Below, one piece after another: positions 1 through 13,100 of a DNA stretch of 64,000 nt. The translations under genes and the position numbers were made by a program. The notes below the pieces were generated by a model. The model searched no databases. It had not been told where the DNA came from and saw only the letters and a list, made by a program, of their open reading frames with translations. The DNA comes from Podarcis erhardii (lineage: Eukaryota): assembly GCA_964252035.1 (NCBI GenBank), contig OZ176201.1. One strand, given 5' to 3'. Every line of letters begins with the position of its first letter. The first letter of the stretch is position 1.

Positions 1-75
1 TAACTGGAGATGCTAAAGATTGCACCTGGGACCTTCTGTATTCAAAATAAATGCTATACACCAAACTATGGCCCT
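1..75 (-). mobile_element. tRNA-derived SINE head, degenerate, cut by window edge
   Basis: Reverse complement resembles GGGCCATAG...GAAGGTCCCAGGT-CAATC tRNA A/B-box head; similar copies at ~9322, ~38930, ~49075. Confidence 0.45.
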
Positions 76-906
76 TCTCCAGGGAGAAGTCCTTTGAGTT
101 CTGAGCTTACGTAGTCATTTTTAACTTGTGCTTAACTTCCTTTCTTTGAGTAGTTTAGAATTGAGGCATTTCTCTCTTTGTACAGTCATGTTTAATGTTT
201 GTTATTCTGTATAATTGGTCACATGTGTTATAGAAGGGGGTCCTCATGACTATGGCTGGTTTTAGTTTTATCCTATTTATTTTAAACTCAGCTGTTGTTT
301 AAAAGGATTCTTTATTTTGTGCAAGATCGTTCATAAGTATGTTTGCAAAAAAGAAAAATGAAGTCAAGCCACACTAGACTTGCTGGGTTGTAGCAGTTTT
401 CCCTTTTTTAAGGGAAAAAGTGGAATTTTTTTTAAATTTCTTGGATTTGCAATTGGAACTTTCCTCTCATTTATGGATTGTAAGGATTAAAAAAGGACTA
501 AAGGACCAAGCCGTCGGGCTGTCGGGCGTAAGAGAACTGTCAAACTGCAGAAACTGTTACTAGAATTTAAACTGCTACATTGGAACATTGTTGCCTGAAC
601 ACTGTTGCTGGCACCTTTTTTGAAACTTTGTGATTTTTTTTTTAAAAAAGAGAGCTCTGGAGAACCTTCCTTTTGTATTGGAACTATAAGGATTCAGTAT
701 TGGGATTACAGGAACTTTTAATGGTGGAAAAAGTTCTTTCTTTCTTCTGAACTTCTGAGGCACTCCCCCTAGAGGATTGCGGAGTTATAGAGGCCTGGGA
801 ACTACATTTTATTTTGACTTTCTGTTGTTTAATTGTTTTTTTACTCTGAACTTGTCTTTCCCATGGAATAATAGACAATTTGACCTTGAACAGAGGCAGG
901 TGTGGA

Positions 907-1959
907 ATGAGTGGCTCAGGGAGAACAAGAGCAGCTAAAGCGAAAGCAAAACAAACTGTACAACTTGTTCAAACAACTTTGACTCATCAACGTAGATCAT
1001 CGGTCCCAGCTGTGCTGGAAGCACAGAGGGGGAAAGTTGAACAGCCTGCAGCAGAAGATATGGCAACAGGAGGATCTGAAGGAGTTTTGAAACAAATTTT
1101 GGAGCAACTGGCAATTTTAAATCAAAAGGTGGATAACCAATCAACAAAAATTGACCAAGCTACATCCTCGATTAGCAAATTAACTGATCAGGTTTCCCAG
1201 CATACTCAGGCAATTGAAAATCTGCAAGGAGCAACGGCTGAAAACCACAAACTAGCTGAGGAAGCCAATCAAAAAGCAGAGCAAGCTAATAAGAAGGTTG
1301 ATGAGATCAAGGGAGAAGTGAAGTCTTTGCAAAAACAGATAGGTGAACAACAAGCCTACCTGTCAATGGTTGAATTGAAAAATCGGGAGAACAATCTCAG
1401 GCTGAGAGCTATTCCAGAACTTGAACAAGAAGATTTGAGTGGTTATTTGACATCTGAATTTTCTAAGTTCTGGGGCATAGAAGAAGATAAGGACTTTAAA
1501 ATTGTAACTGCATTCAGACTGGGTAGATTGGTAAAGAAAGACAAGTCCAGAGATTGTTTGATTATTCTGAGATCAAGGGAAGAAAGAGACAAGATACTAG
1601 GCCTGCATTTTAGAAAATCTCTTGAGATACAAGGCAAAAAGGCTGAAATTTACAGAGATATACCAAAACAGTTATTGGACCTTAGAGCCACCTATATAGA
1701 ACTGACTAAATTGTTGAGATACAACGCAATTCCTTATAGGTGGGAGTTCCCACAAGGACTATCTTTTACCTACAAAGGAAAGAAAGTTAGAATTAAAACA
1801 ACAGAAGACCAGCAAAAGTTCCTGCACGACCACGGGGAAGACCTTCAAAAAGGAGCAACAGCATCTTGGCCGCCACCATTACCTGGACCAACACTACCTG
1901 GAGCTGGACCAACACTTCCACCTCTGGGATCAGAGGAAAAAGAAGATACCCCATTGTAG
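907..1959 (+). CDS. L1 ORF1p (coiled coil, RRM, CTD)
   Basis: First ATG at 907 in the 880..1959 frame; heptad coiled coil (LEQLAILNQKVD...VKSLQKQI), L1 RRM entry motif RENNLRLRAIPE, CTD-like IYRDIP; no stops. Confidence 0.9.
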   Translation: MSGSGRTRAAKAKAKQTVQLVQTTLTHQRRSSVPAVLEAQRGKVEQPAAEDMATGGSEGVLKQILEQLAILNQKVDNQSTKIDQATSSISKLTDQVSQHTQAIENLQGATAENHKLAEEANQKAEQANKKVDEIKGEVKSLQKQIGEQQAYLSMVELKNRENNLRLRAIPELEQEDLSGYLTSEFSKFWGIEEDKDFKIVTAFRLGRLVKKDKSRDCLIILRSREERDKILGLHFRKSLEIQGKKAEIYRDIPKQLLDLRATYIELTKLLRYNAIPYRWEFPQGLSFTYKGKKVRIKTTEDQQKFLHDHGEDLQKGATASWPPPLPGPTLPGAGPTLPPLGSEEKEDTPL

Positions 1960-1979
1960 GATCAACGAATTAATCCAGG

Positions 1980-4900
1980 ATGTCTCTGCAGCTACTTAGT
2001 TGGAATATAAATGGTGGAAATTCCCCGGAAAAAAGAAGAAAAGTATTTCACATTTTGAAAAAGGAACAATTGGACATTATTTGTTTGCAAGAAACTCATG
2101 TGACTAGGCTCCATAGAAAGGTGTTAATTAATAAAAGATTAGGCCAGGAATTTATTTCATCGGACAGAGTTAAGAAAAGAGGAGTGGTGATATATGCAAA
2201 GGAGAGCCTGTCACCGAAATTTTTATTCAAAGATGAACAAGGAAGAATTTTGGCGATTGAAATTCAGACACAAGGAGAAAAATTTTTGATATTAGGAATA
2301 TACGCACCAAACGATGGGAAATCAGAATTTTTTAAGAAGCTGCATGAGACTATGCTGGACTATTTGGACTATACCAACATCATTATGATGGGAGATATGA
2401 ACGGGGTTGTATCTACAAACATGGACAAGTCACAAAATCAAAATATAACAAAAGACGGCAGGCTACCTAAAACCATTTTTGAACTAACTGACAATATGGA
2501 TTTGATTGACATATGGAGGACAAAGAACCCCTTAGGTAAAGAAGGAACCTTTTTTTCCGAGGCTCACCTGTCATGGACACGAATCGACCAAATATGGACA
2601 ACTAGAGGACTGGCACCTAAGACTAGAAAAGTGGAAATCTGCCCAAGAACCTGCTCCGACCATAATGCCTTGAAAGTGGAATTGAGACTCAATTTAATCG
2701 GTTCTTTTAGATGGAAAATGAATGACACCTTATTAAGAGATCAGGAGATTGTGAAGAAGGCCCAAAAAACTTTAAAAGATTATTTTGAGATAAATTTAAA
2801 TACCACGGTGGAAAAAAGAACAATCAGGGACGCAAGTAAAGCAGTTATGAGAGGGTTTCTGATACAACAAAATACGATTAAGAAAAGACTCTGGAATGAA
2901 AAGAAGGATAAGATATTGGAGAAAATAAGAGAAGGAGAGAAAAAATTAAGATCTAGGCCAAAGTCGAAGGAGGTGCTGAGAGAAGTGAAATTTCATCAAG
3001 CACAATATTCGAAATTGATAAATCAAGAGGTTGAATGGAAAATTAAACAAATGAAGCAAAGATCATTTGAATCAGCAAATAAATGTGGGAAACTGCTAGC
3101 ATGGCAGTTAAAAAAGAGACAAAAATTAAACACAGTTACAAACCTAGAGATTGAAGGGGGAATTGTTCAGAAACCAGAAGAAATTAGAAAGTGTTTCCAG
3201 AGATACTTTAAAGAACTTTATGCACAGGGGCCACAGAAAGAGTTTGAGGTGGATCAATTTTTAAAAATCAATGGATTACCAAAACTACCTCAGGAAATGA
3301 GAACAATCCTGAACTGCAAAATAACACAACAGGAAATTGAAGGTGCCATCCAGAATTTGCAATTAGGCAAATCTCCAGGCCCTGATGGACTCACCTCCAA
3401 ATATTATAAGACTTTGAAAGATTATCTGATACAACCTTTGATGGAGGTTTGTAACCAGATCATGGAGGGGAAGAAGGCACCGGAAACATGGAAAGAAGCT
3501 TTCATCACATTGATACCCAAATTAGAGACTGAAAAGACTCAACTTAAGAACTACCGTCCCATCTCACTCCTAAATGTGGATTATAAAATTTTTGCGGATA
3601 TTCTGGCAAGTAGGTTTAAAAAAGTACTTAATGGAGTGATTCACAAAGACCAGGCGGGCTTTCTCCCTGGTAGGCATTTGTTTGACAACACCAGAAACAT
3701 CATTGACATCTTGGAACTTTTACAAACAAATATCAATACGAGAGCGGTGTTAATTTTTATTGATGCGGAGAAAGCCTTTGACAACATATCCTGGATGTTT
3801 ATGAAGAAAAACTTGGAAGGGATGGGAGTGGGACGGGGGTTTGAAAATGGAATAGAAGCAATTTATTCAGAGCAAAAAGCTAAACTGATAGTGAACAATG
3901 TGGTGACAGAGGAATTTAAAATTGAAAAAGGGTCACGACAGGGGTGCCCCTTATCCCCCCTTTTATTCATTTCAGTCCTGGAGGTGCTTTTGAACATGAT
4001 TAGGGAGGACCGGTTGGTACAAGGAATCCAGGTCGGAGTGAAACAATATAAACTGAAAGCATTTGCAGATGATTTGGTTTTAACATTACAGGAGCCAGTA
4101 TCTAGTACAAAAAGAGTTTTAGAACTGATTTATGAATTTGGTCGGGTGGCGGGATTTAAGTTGAACAAGCAAAAAACTAAGGTTTTGGCTAAAAATTTGA
4201 CACCTACAGAAACAGAGGAGTTTCAGAAAGAGACAGAACTAAATGTGGTTTAAAAAGTGAAATACCTAGGGGTTCATTTGACCTCCAAAAATTTGAATTT
4301 GTTTAAAGATAACTATGAAAAATGTTGGTCGGAAATCAAAAGAGATTTGGAAATTTGGTCAAGATTGAAACTTTCCTTGTTGGGTCGAATTGCAGCTATA
4401 AAAATGAATGTATTGCCGAAAATGTTATTTCTGTTCCAGGCCCTACAGATCGTGGACAAAGTGGAATGTTTTGGAAAGTGGCAGAAGGATATTTCTAAGT
4501 TTGTCTGGCAGGGCAAAAAGCCCCGAATAAAGTTTAAAATATTAACTGATTCGAAAGAAAGAGGGGGGTTTGCCCTGCCGGACTTGAGGTTGTATTATGA
4601 ATCTGCAGCCTTCTGCTGGTTGAAAGATTGGTTTTTGTTGGAGAACACTGATGTCCTGGATCTGGAAGGGTTTGACAATGCTTTTGGTTGGCATGCATAT
4701 TTGTGGTACGACAAGGTTAAAGTTCATAGATTGTTTAAAAACCATATTGTCAGAAGAGCAATATTTATGGTCTGGACAAAATACAAAGACTTATTAGAGG
4801 GTAAGACCCCGAGGTGGCTATCACCGGTGGAGGCTAAGGCCCGAAAAAGACTTAATATGGAGGCCTACTGGCCGAAATATTGGGAAATAATTGAAAAAAC

Positions 4901-5717
4901 TGGAGACAATTGGAGGTTGCAGAGCTTGGAAAAATTAAAAAATAAGGTGCGAGATTGGCTACATTATGCTCAAATTCAAGAGGTTTTTAAAATGGACAAA
5001 AAGGTTGGGTTCCAGGTGGAAAAATCGAAACTAGAGATGGAATTGCTAGAACCAAAAACTAAGATACTTTCGAGAATGTATAACTTGCTGCTTAAATGGA
5101 ATACACAGGAGACAGTTAAATCTGCCATGATAAAATGGGCACAGGATATTGGGCATAACATCATGTTTGAGGACTGGGAAAGGTTATGGAACACCGGAAC
5201 AAAATTCACGGCATGCAATGCCTTGAAGGAAAACATTATGAAAATGGTATACCGGTGGTACATGACCCCAGTCAAGCTTGCTAAGATATATCACCTGTCT
5301 GACAATAAATGCTGGAAATGTAAGGAGGCGGAAGGGACATTCTTTCACCTCTGGTGGACTTGTCCAAAAGTGAAGGCCTTCTGGGAGGTGATTTACAATG
5401 AGTTAAAAAAGGTATTTAGGTATACCTTTCCCAAGAAACCGGAGGCCTTTCTTCTGGGCATTGTGGACCAGAAAGTGTTAAAGAAGGATAGAAATCTCTT
5501 TATGTACGCTACTACAGCAGCAAGAATTCTTATCGCAAAGTATTGGAAGACACAAGATTTACCCACGCTGGAGGAATGGCAGACGCAGTTGATGGACTAT
5601 ATGGAACTGGCTGAAATGACTGGCAGAATCCGAGACTTGGGAGAAGAAACAATGGAAGAGGACTGGAAAAATTTTAAGGACTATTTGCAAAAACATTATA
5701 AGCTGTATGAATGTTAA
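1980..5717 (+). pseudogene. L1 ORF2p (APE endonuclease, reverse transcriptase, CCHC) with one in-frame nonsense codon at 4251-4253
   Basis: EN motifs SWNING, LQETH, IYAPN, GDMN, RIDQIW, SDHNAL; RT motifs YRPISLLN, DAEKAFD, QGCPLSP, FADD, KYLG; C-terminal CWKC-x7-H-x4-C. ORFs 1980..4253 and 4257..5717 share one frame: GTT TAA AAA GTG AAA TAC CTA GGG. Confidence 0.93.
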
Positions 5718-8700
5718 GAAAATGCACGATTTAGGAAACTCTAGCTTCAGCAACTTGATTAGGTGAAATGAAAACTAAGGTACAAGAAATAAGAGGTGGA
5801 ATTATGAAATAACTTTATTATGTTTAATTTAAATACATAAGAATTGGGACATAACATTGTGAATCTAGAAACATGATAAATCGAAAGATACAGTAAGTTA
5901 TGAAACAAGGTAACAAATTGCTGATGTTTGTACTACAAAGAATGCAGGGTTTGGAGGATGTGGGGAAGTCCAGTTGGTTTGTTAAAAAATATTAAGGGAA
6001 AAAAAAATAGATGGGCAGTCAAACATCTGAAGGTATCACATGGTGACAATGGTGGTTTTAGGGTATATTCCATCAACATGTTGTTTCCTGTGTAGTTACT
6101 TCACTTGCTTAATGTACGCTTCCATCTAGTTACCTGTCTTCTTCCTATTTCCACCCCCACCCCTTTAGCTGCATTGGGATATTTGAGCTGAGCCTGACCT
6201 GAATAAAGGAAAAAGCCTGTTACATTAATTATATAGTCCCCGAGGAGAATGAATGCAGCAGGATTTTCAAAATGACGCTCTCATCATTTTAACTGTGCGT
6301 TTACCTTCCCACATGACAATGTGATGGCAGGAAATGGCTTGTGTTATGTTCTCAACAGATTTGCCACAGAATCTCAGGGACATCCAAGCATGGCTACAGC
6401 CCTACTCTTTATCTATTTATCTGGATAGTTAAAATGCTCAGTGTACCATTTCTAAATCACAGGAGTATGAAAGAAAGAACAGAAGCCCCGTATCAAAAGG
6501 CATAAGCCTATACATATCCATAAATAAACATGACAGGCATCCAGTCCACTGCTGCCTTTTCAGTATGAGAAAACTGAAAAGAGTACGGCAAGCCCTGCGT
6601 GGAGGGGAAACAGATACAAACAGATTGTAAAGGAAGACAAACAGGAGGAGAGTATCTGTACTGGATCAACATCCTACAGTCCAGTGTGTTTCCTTGTGAG
6701 GCAGACCATATCTTATGAGGTGGATGTGGCTTCCCTTCTGTAGTTCCATATGCTTCACACATCACAGTCAAAGAGCTGGCTTATTGGTTAAAGTGAACAT
6801 ATAAACACACTGTCCCATTGCCTTTTCACTGCTTCCTTGGGATTGCCAGCTCACAATGCTGCAGTAAAGACTGGTGGAAAATTATCCATCTAACTATTAA
6901 AGGGATTGGATTGGAGACTCCTCAGGGCCTAGACTCAGAAAAAAATAGGCTACCTAACTCCCCAGTCCGTAGTCCCACAATCCATTTTCTCAGGCCTCTC
7001 TTTTTTCCCTCAGGTTCATGTAGTACTCTCTATTAATTGCACACTTTTCCTGCGGTTAAAATGCAAGAGGGTCCAAAGTGAGCCTTGCAGAATGCCATGC
7101 CATGTGCGGAGCAATATTCTGCCAGAACCATCCTCTGGCCCATCAGGCAAGAGTGGAACTACTGTAAGCTAGTCCAGAAGCATTCTGTGGTCATTGGTAC
7201 TGAATACCTCAGTATGTGGTGTGCCAGAAGGTGTCATATGAAGTCAGATATGTATGAGAGAAATATATGGTTGTAAAATGAAATCTTGAGGTTGGAAAGG
7301 GCATGTTAATATTAATGTTGGGGACACAAACATCATTATGTTTCTCCACCCCTCCTATAGCCCATCATCCAGCAGACTTAAAAAGCCCTCATTATAGAGA
7401 ATCATCCTCTTGGTAAAATACAGTTTAGCTTCTGCATTTCAGAGCTAAAAATAAAAGAACAAGAGAAGAATTTCAGCTGTTATGCATGCAGCAGATGCAC
7501 TGCACACAAGGGAGCCATTATGAGTGGAATAAGTGAATGCAATTAACAGCGCTGAAGTGACTAAGCATTCCATATAAAATCACTATGGATCAAAGTGAAG
7601 CTACTTGTGCATTTGAAATGGCATCTTTAGCAACAGGAAACACAATACCAAGTAATTTTTCTTAATTTTAGGACATGGAGGGGGTTCCCTCCCCCATGTA
7701 TTATTCTGAAAAATTATGCCTTGTCTACTACATGTTTTCAGAGAAAGACATTGCATAGAACCTCATGATTTTAAGCTGTTTCTGTTGAGGGACAAGATGC
7801 TGATTTCATATTAATATTATCTCTTTGATCACTGCGGTGTTTCAGTTAGCTTGTTGAGATACATCTTGAACTTGACCTGGTGAAAACATTAAGCAAATAT
7901 TTGGGTCCCCAACTAATATCCAGACAATAACTTTTGCAAATGCATATATATAGGATGGAGATAAAGTAGTTGTGAAATGCTGCCTTTCTCCATTACAAAG
8001 AGAAATCACAGCCTGCCAGACACATGGACATCGATAGCACCTTCCACAGAAGCACCCACTGTGATGCAGACAAGAAGAACCCAGAAACTGAGAGGCTGCA
8101 ATGTTCCCCATAGATAGCTATTTGAAAGCTTTTGCTTCTATGTGCAAATAGCCATCCTTTTGAATTAGCTATCAAAAATGGAAAAAGGGTAGTCAGTGCA
8201 GTGTAGTGTCCAGGCAGCTTCTTTGGGAGGTTTCCCTGTTGGGGGTTTTCATACTGCTGTGGATATGCTGTAACTGGGTGCAGAGGTGATCTGAATCTTA
8301 AACTTTGTCATGGTGGTATGGGCAGAGATTGAGGAGGTTGTGGGAAGTATTATTTTGCTCTTAGTTGAGTTTGATGTGTTTTAACACACACCGTCTCTTT
8401 TGTTGTCATAATGCCATGCTAACAACACTGCTCATCTTTGGCTCTTCCACTGGAAATGCACTAGTGTAATATTATGACATATCTCTGCTGTTATGCTGAT
8501 GTTGGGTCCTTACCTGTATGAAATGTCTAACATCTGGTGTCATAGGGCATTCCCCAAATCCTAAACTCCCCAGCTTGCATAAATTGAACACAGAAGATAA
8601 AGCTCATAATTACTTTGTTGTAGTGTTGTTTTTTAGCTGCAAAGCATTCCACAGGCAAACATATTTTTATATTTTCACAACTTGCTGACACGTCACTTTT

Positions 8701-9184
8701 TGGTGCACTTTAATTAGACCAAATCATGCAAAATTTACACCAATAGAACTGAGTCTTTGCATTCCTATTCTACCCATCCTCAGCAGAGAAGATCATCACA
8801 ATGTAGGCTTTATTAAGTTTTCATCTCATAAGGAGTACACTCTTTACTCAAGACCTATAATGCATCCCATAATGCTTTGATGAACATGATTTATATCTGT
8901 ACTTCTGGTTGATGTCCACATAGTTCAGAATCCATACTTTGGGCATGGCACCATCAGAAATAACTTTTCTGTCTTAAGATTGTTTGGCTAATTTTGTTTG
9001 TTTCTTCTTTTTTACATGGTCTCTGGAGCATTAAATGGCTATCCTCTGCAGCCATTACCCTTCCTTTTGATGATAAAGGCTTTTCTGCACTGAAAAGAAT
9101 AAGAAAAATAAATATTTGATGTTCATTTTCAGTTGCTGTTGTTAATAATAATCACGAATCCAAATAAGCCTTGTTTGTCCTCAC

Positions 9185-9300
9185 AGCAATCCTGGGAGGC
9201 TGGTCAATGTTAATCCCATTTTAGAGATGGTGAATTGAGGCAGCCACACTCTGACTTGCCCAAGGCCTCCTGTCCATGACTGAGTTATAATTTGAACATC
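9185..9300 (+). mobile_element. MIR/CORE-SINE-like fragment, old
   Basis: ATCCCATTTTAGAGATGGTGAATTGAGGC...TGACTTGCCCAAGG resembles the CORE-SINE central domain. Confidence 0.45.
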
Positions 9301-9321
9301 TAAGGCTGGGGGAAGGGTTGT

Positions 9322-9455
9322 AGGTTTGCATGCAGAAGGTCCAACATTCATTTCCCCAGCATCACCAGGTAAGGCTGGGAATGTTTGCAAGTCTGAAACC
9401 CTTGAGAACTGCTGCTAACTAAGCTAGATGGATCAACGGCCTATCTGTCCAAGGT
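9322..9455 (+). mobile_element. tRNA-derived SINE, degenerate (family not assigned)
   Basis: TTTGCATGCAGAAGGTCC...CCAGGTAAGGCTGGG...CTGAAACCCTTGAGA...GCTAGATGGATCAA matches a common squamate SINE body as I recall it. Confidence 0.5.
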
Positions 9456-9708
9456 TGTAATCTTATGTGCACTGACCTGGGAGTTAGCCCTACTGAATTC
9501 AATAGGATTTACATCAACCCATTAGACCATGGCAGTTTGGGGGTTACAGCAAAATCTGCTTTCCTCCACATAATGTAAAGTGGAAATAATTGTTTAACTT
9601 AGAGAGAAGGAAGTATGTTGCATTCAATAGGAGAGGTATCTTCATGCTGATCTTGAATGAAATGTGGATTTCATTCCTGGTTTGTTTGTTTTTTCCATCT
9701 TATTTCAG

Positions 9709-10137
9709 AAAAATGAATGGCTGTGTTTGAACTGCCAAACTCAGAGGCTGCTAGAAGGAAGCCTAGGAGACCCTGCTCCAATGCCACTGCCTGCTCCAAA
9801 GCAACAGCCAATTGGATCCCCTCGACACCAACCCGGAGGAATTGTTCAGCAACAGAGAGGAGCTCCTCAGCAACCTGAAATGTCAGCTCCTCACGACAGG
9901 CACCTTTCACAAGCAAACCATCTCAGGACTTCAGAACCGAGTAAATTACCAACCACTGTCCAAGAGAGAAAGCCTCCTGCTCCATCAGAAGGAAAGCCAC
10001 TGCCCAAACTACCCGAAGAGCCTCCCAAAGCTTCTGAAAGTCCATTGCCAAAGGGGAAAACTATGGCCACAAAACCAGAAGTGGATATCAAAGATAGCAC
10101 GACCGTATCCGAGTCTCAGAAAACACGAGAACAGGAG
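9709..10137 (+). CDS. BSN: Bassoon coding exon (approx. exon 4); C-terminal half of second zinc finger
   Basis: Acceptor TTATTTCAG|, donor GAG|GTAAGC; 429 nt, phase 0/0; KNEWLCLNCQTQRLLEGSLG is the Bassoon/Piccolo ZnF2 end. Confidence 0.93.
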
Positions 10138-13100
10138 GTAAGCATCGCTCCACTGGACACAATGGTTTAGTTAGAAGAGGGGTTTTTTGAGTAGCTGATA
10201 CCCAACCTAAAAGCCAACAGGAGACAGTTTATTAAAGTGTTTTTAGCTGGCAGTCAGGCAGGGGATGATAGAGACATGGTGGAGATGAGGTGGAGATGAA
10301 GGTGCCAAGATGGTGGGGAGGTCAGCATAGTGCAAACTCATTGGCAGAGCCAATGTGGTGCTCCTGCTGGTGCGTTTGCATCTACCCACTGCCTCCTCCT
10401 CCTCTGCCTCCAAATAAGCCACAGTGGGTCACCTGCCAGAAGCTTGTGTATTGGCTCTACCCTAGCTGGCAAGTTTCTTCCAGCTGTAATGCTTTAGTCC
10501 AAATGCCATAACTGCCTTTCTGGATAAGACCAAGCAGGACATGAAGGTGCTTGTTATTTGTCTCCAGCATCTTTCATAAGTGTACCTCCTATGCACAGAG
10601 AGGTTTCACCTATCACAGCACTGTCTGTTTGTGGGGCCAAGCACAGTAGGCCGGTGACCCTGCTAGGTGGTTTGTAATAGCAGAAATGATGACAAGACAA
10701 GAGTGTTTGTTTATGCACAGTGATTTAAGGCATGTTTTACAGAGAAGACCTTTCAGAGAGTCTTTTTCCTTCCTTCTGACCCTAGTGTAATGCCTTTGCA
10801 GCCTTAGGTTCAAACTACATGTTACACTCATATGTATGTAGCTGCATCCTAATAAACCTCTTTATGTTTTAAGAGTAGCTTTTGTGTGGGTGTGTGGTGG
10901 GGGTTATCCAGCAAAAGCCGGTAGGAGTCAAAATGGCTACCTGTGAATAACATTTGCACCTGTGAAGTCAGTGTCTGTTCCTTTTTAATAGCATTCGCTA
11001 TTGGGTAATAATAGGGGTTACCGAGATCTAGCAGAGTTTAGCAGAGAGAATGAAAGTGCGAGCAGAGGAGGTGGAGTGTTAGGTGCCACCTGCACAGTGT
11101 GAGGCTAATTGTGAGATGCTCCAGAGAAAAAACAAAGATGAAATTGAGTGCTTGAGGGATAAGTGAAAAGCTCTTGCTAGCAGAAGAAGCAGAAAGGTGG
11201 AAAGAAGGAAGAGAGTGCAGAGGGCAAGGCCCCAATACTCAGCATCAGAATGTCATTTTGAAGTTTCCTCTTTCCCCTCCCCGGCTCCTCCCAGGATGGA
11301 CGGCAAAGATACTTCCCAGAGGACTTTACAGCAAGCTGGTGTTTCCTCTGTTCTTTATATAGACTCTCTTTGCTTCTGTTTTTAATCAGTTGTTCACATT
11401 GACTAATTTCAGTTTACTACAGTTGAAGGATCTGCCTTCTTAGCCCCCCTGAACTGCAAGTAGGGAGTAAGCATTAGCCTAGATGACATTTAACACTAAT
11501 TTGCTTAGGGCTTTGTAGGAATCTCCAGTTATGCAATACCAATCCTGCTGCCAATGCTTTGATTGGGGTATTGATTAAAAACAAACTTTTATTTGTGCCA
11601 CTGTCCCTTGCCTCAATCTCTTGGGCTTTCTGCAAAATTGTCAACCCCTGAAATTAAACTCCACAGAGCGGTTGCTGCCTCCAGAGACACTGATTAGCTG
11701 GTCTTTTGTCCTCTCTTGTTATTTTGTCACCTGGTCTTGGCATCTGAAGTGCAGGAATTAAGATCTTCAGCCTCTTGCTATTCGGGGCATGAATAAAATT
11801 CCCTTCTTGATCTCAAATTCTAATTATAAGTTCCACAAGTTCTGTGTGAAGATTTAAAATATTCACTGCTGTATGTGGGATTTCAGTCACCATAAACTTT
11901 ACTGGAGCCCTGGGAATAAACATAACGCTTAGCTGAACTGCAGCAACATTTCTGAAATGCCCTTTTCGACGCATTTTTGCTGTAAGGAATTTGTAGAAAA
12001 GAATGGAGGTGGAGTTTGTGCCACACAATCACAATGCCTTCTTTCTCAAACAAAGACAAATGTCCATCAGGTATTTGCATGGGTGGAGCACAAGGTGGAG
12101 CAAGACTGCAAAGGAGCAGAAGGGTAAGTGTTTTTAGGGGGGGCAGAATATGGAGCAGGATCCTCACTTCTGCTCTATTTATAGAGGCTGGCAGCCTGCA
12201 GGAAGCTGCTGAATTACTGGGGCAGAAGAGGCTCATTATATTTTATCCTAGGCATGAGCAAAGAAACCCTTAAGAGAGAGTGAGCAAAGGTGGGTGGTGT
12301 GAAAGGAAGAGGAAAGCTAATATTGAGTGATGCATATTTTTAGTTTTGAAGAAGCCTACTTTTCCAGCTCTTTGGGCAAATGTTTTGTTTGGTTTTGGGA
12401 GGAGGTGTCAGATCATGACTGGCTTGTGGCAACTTTTGCCAAACACCTATTAAAAAAAACCTAACTCTGTAGTTGCTTGAAAAAAGTATATTGCTTCCAA
12501 ATTACTCTAATTCTTTGGCATAAGACGCCTCAGACTGCCTGCATTTAGTCAGGATTGTCAAATCCTGTCCTGATTAAATCAAGGCCCCATTGCCCAAATG
12601 CTCTGCACCCTATCCATGAGAATTACATCCTTTTAAAAAAAACAACAACACCAAAAACCTCCTCTGAAAAGTTTTGAATGCAATTTCCCTTTTACCCATT
12701 ATTTTATGGAGAATGGTTGAAATAAATGCAGGAGAAATTGTAATCACAGGACTAGAACCAACAATGGCAGCTTAATTTATTTGCTGCACCAAGAAATTAA
12801 CAGTGTTGTTAACAGTGCCACATCACTTTATAGTATATTAAATATATTTAAATACTCTAATAGCCATTCTTCCACACCAGAGAATAATGGTCTTTTGACA
12901 GCTGGCTGTCAAGTTTGGGATTTCTTTTTTTACAAGTAATATTCTTGACAATTAATCTTCCAGCCCACATTTTCAGAGGTACACACCAAGCAAATATTTG
13001 AACAAACAGAGCTGAAATAGAGCTGTACACACAAATTGGGTAGTTGCTGGGGCCACGAACAATGGTGTTCCAAACTTCCCTACAAATGTTCACCAATCTG

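Larger units (their letters stand above)
408..6003 (+). mobile_element. Near full-length LINE-1 (non-mammalian L1 clade) in a BSN intron, sense orientation
   Basis: 5'UTR + ORF1 + 20-nt spacer (1960-1979) + EN/RT/CCHC ORF2 + ~280-nt 3'UTR ending in an A-rich stretch. Candidate 12-bp TSD TTAAGGGAAAAA at 408-419 and 5992-6003; boundaries rest on this A-rich match and are tentative. Confidence 0.9.

Noticed and set aside
880-906. TTG-initiated N-terminal extension of ORF1
   Set aside because: First ATG is at 907; nothing supports a non-AUG start.
4257-5717. 486-aa ORF as a separate L1 gene or programmed readthrough
   Set aside because: Same frame as ORF2, starts at GTG inside the RT domain; TAA-A is a poor readthrough context; a point mutation is simpler.
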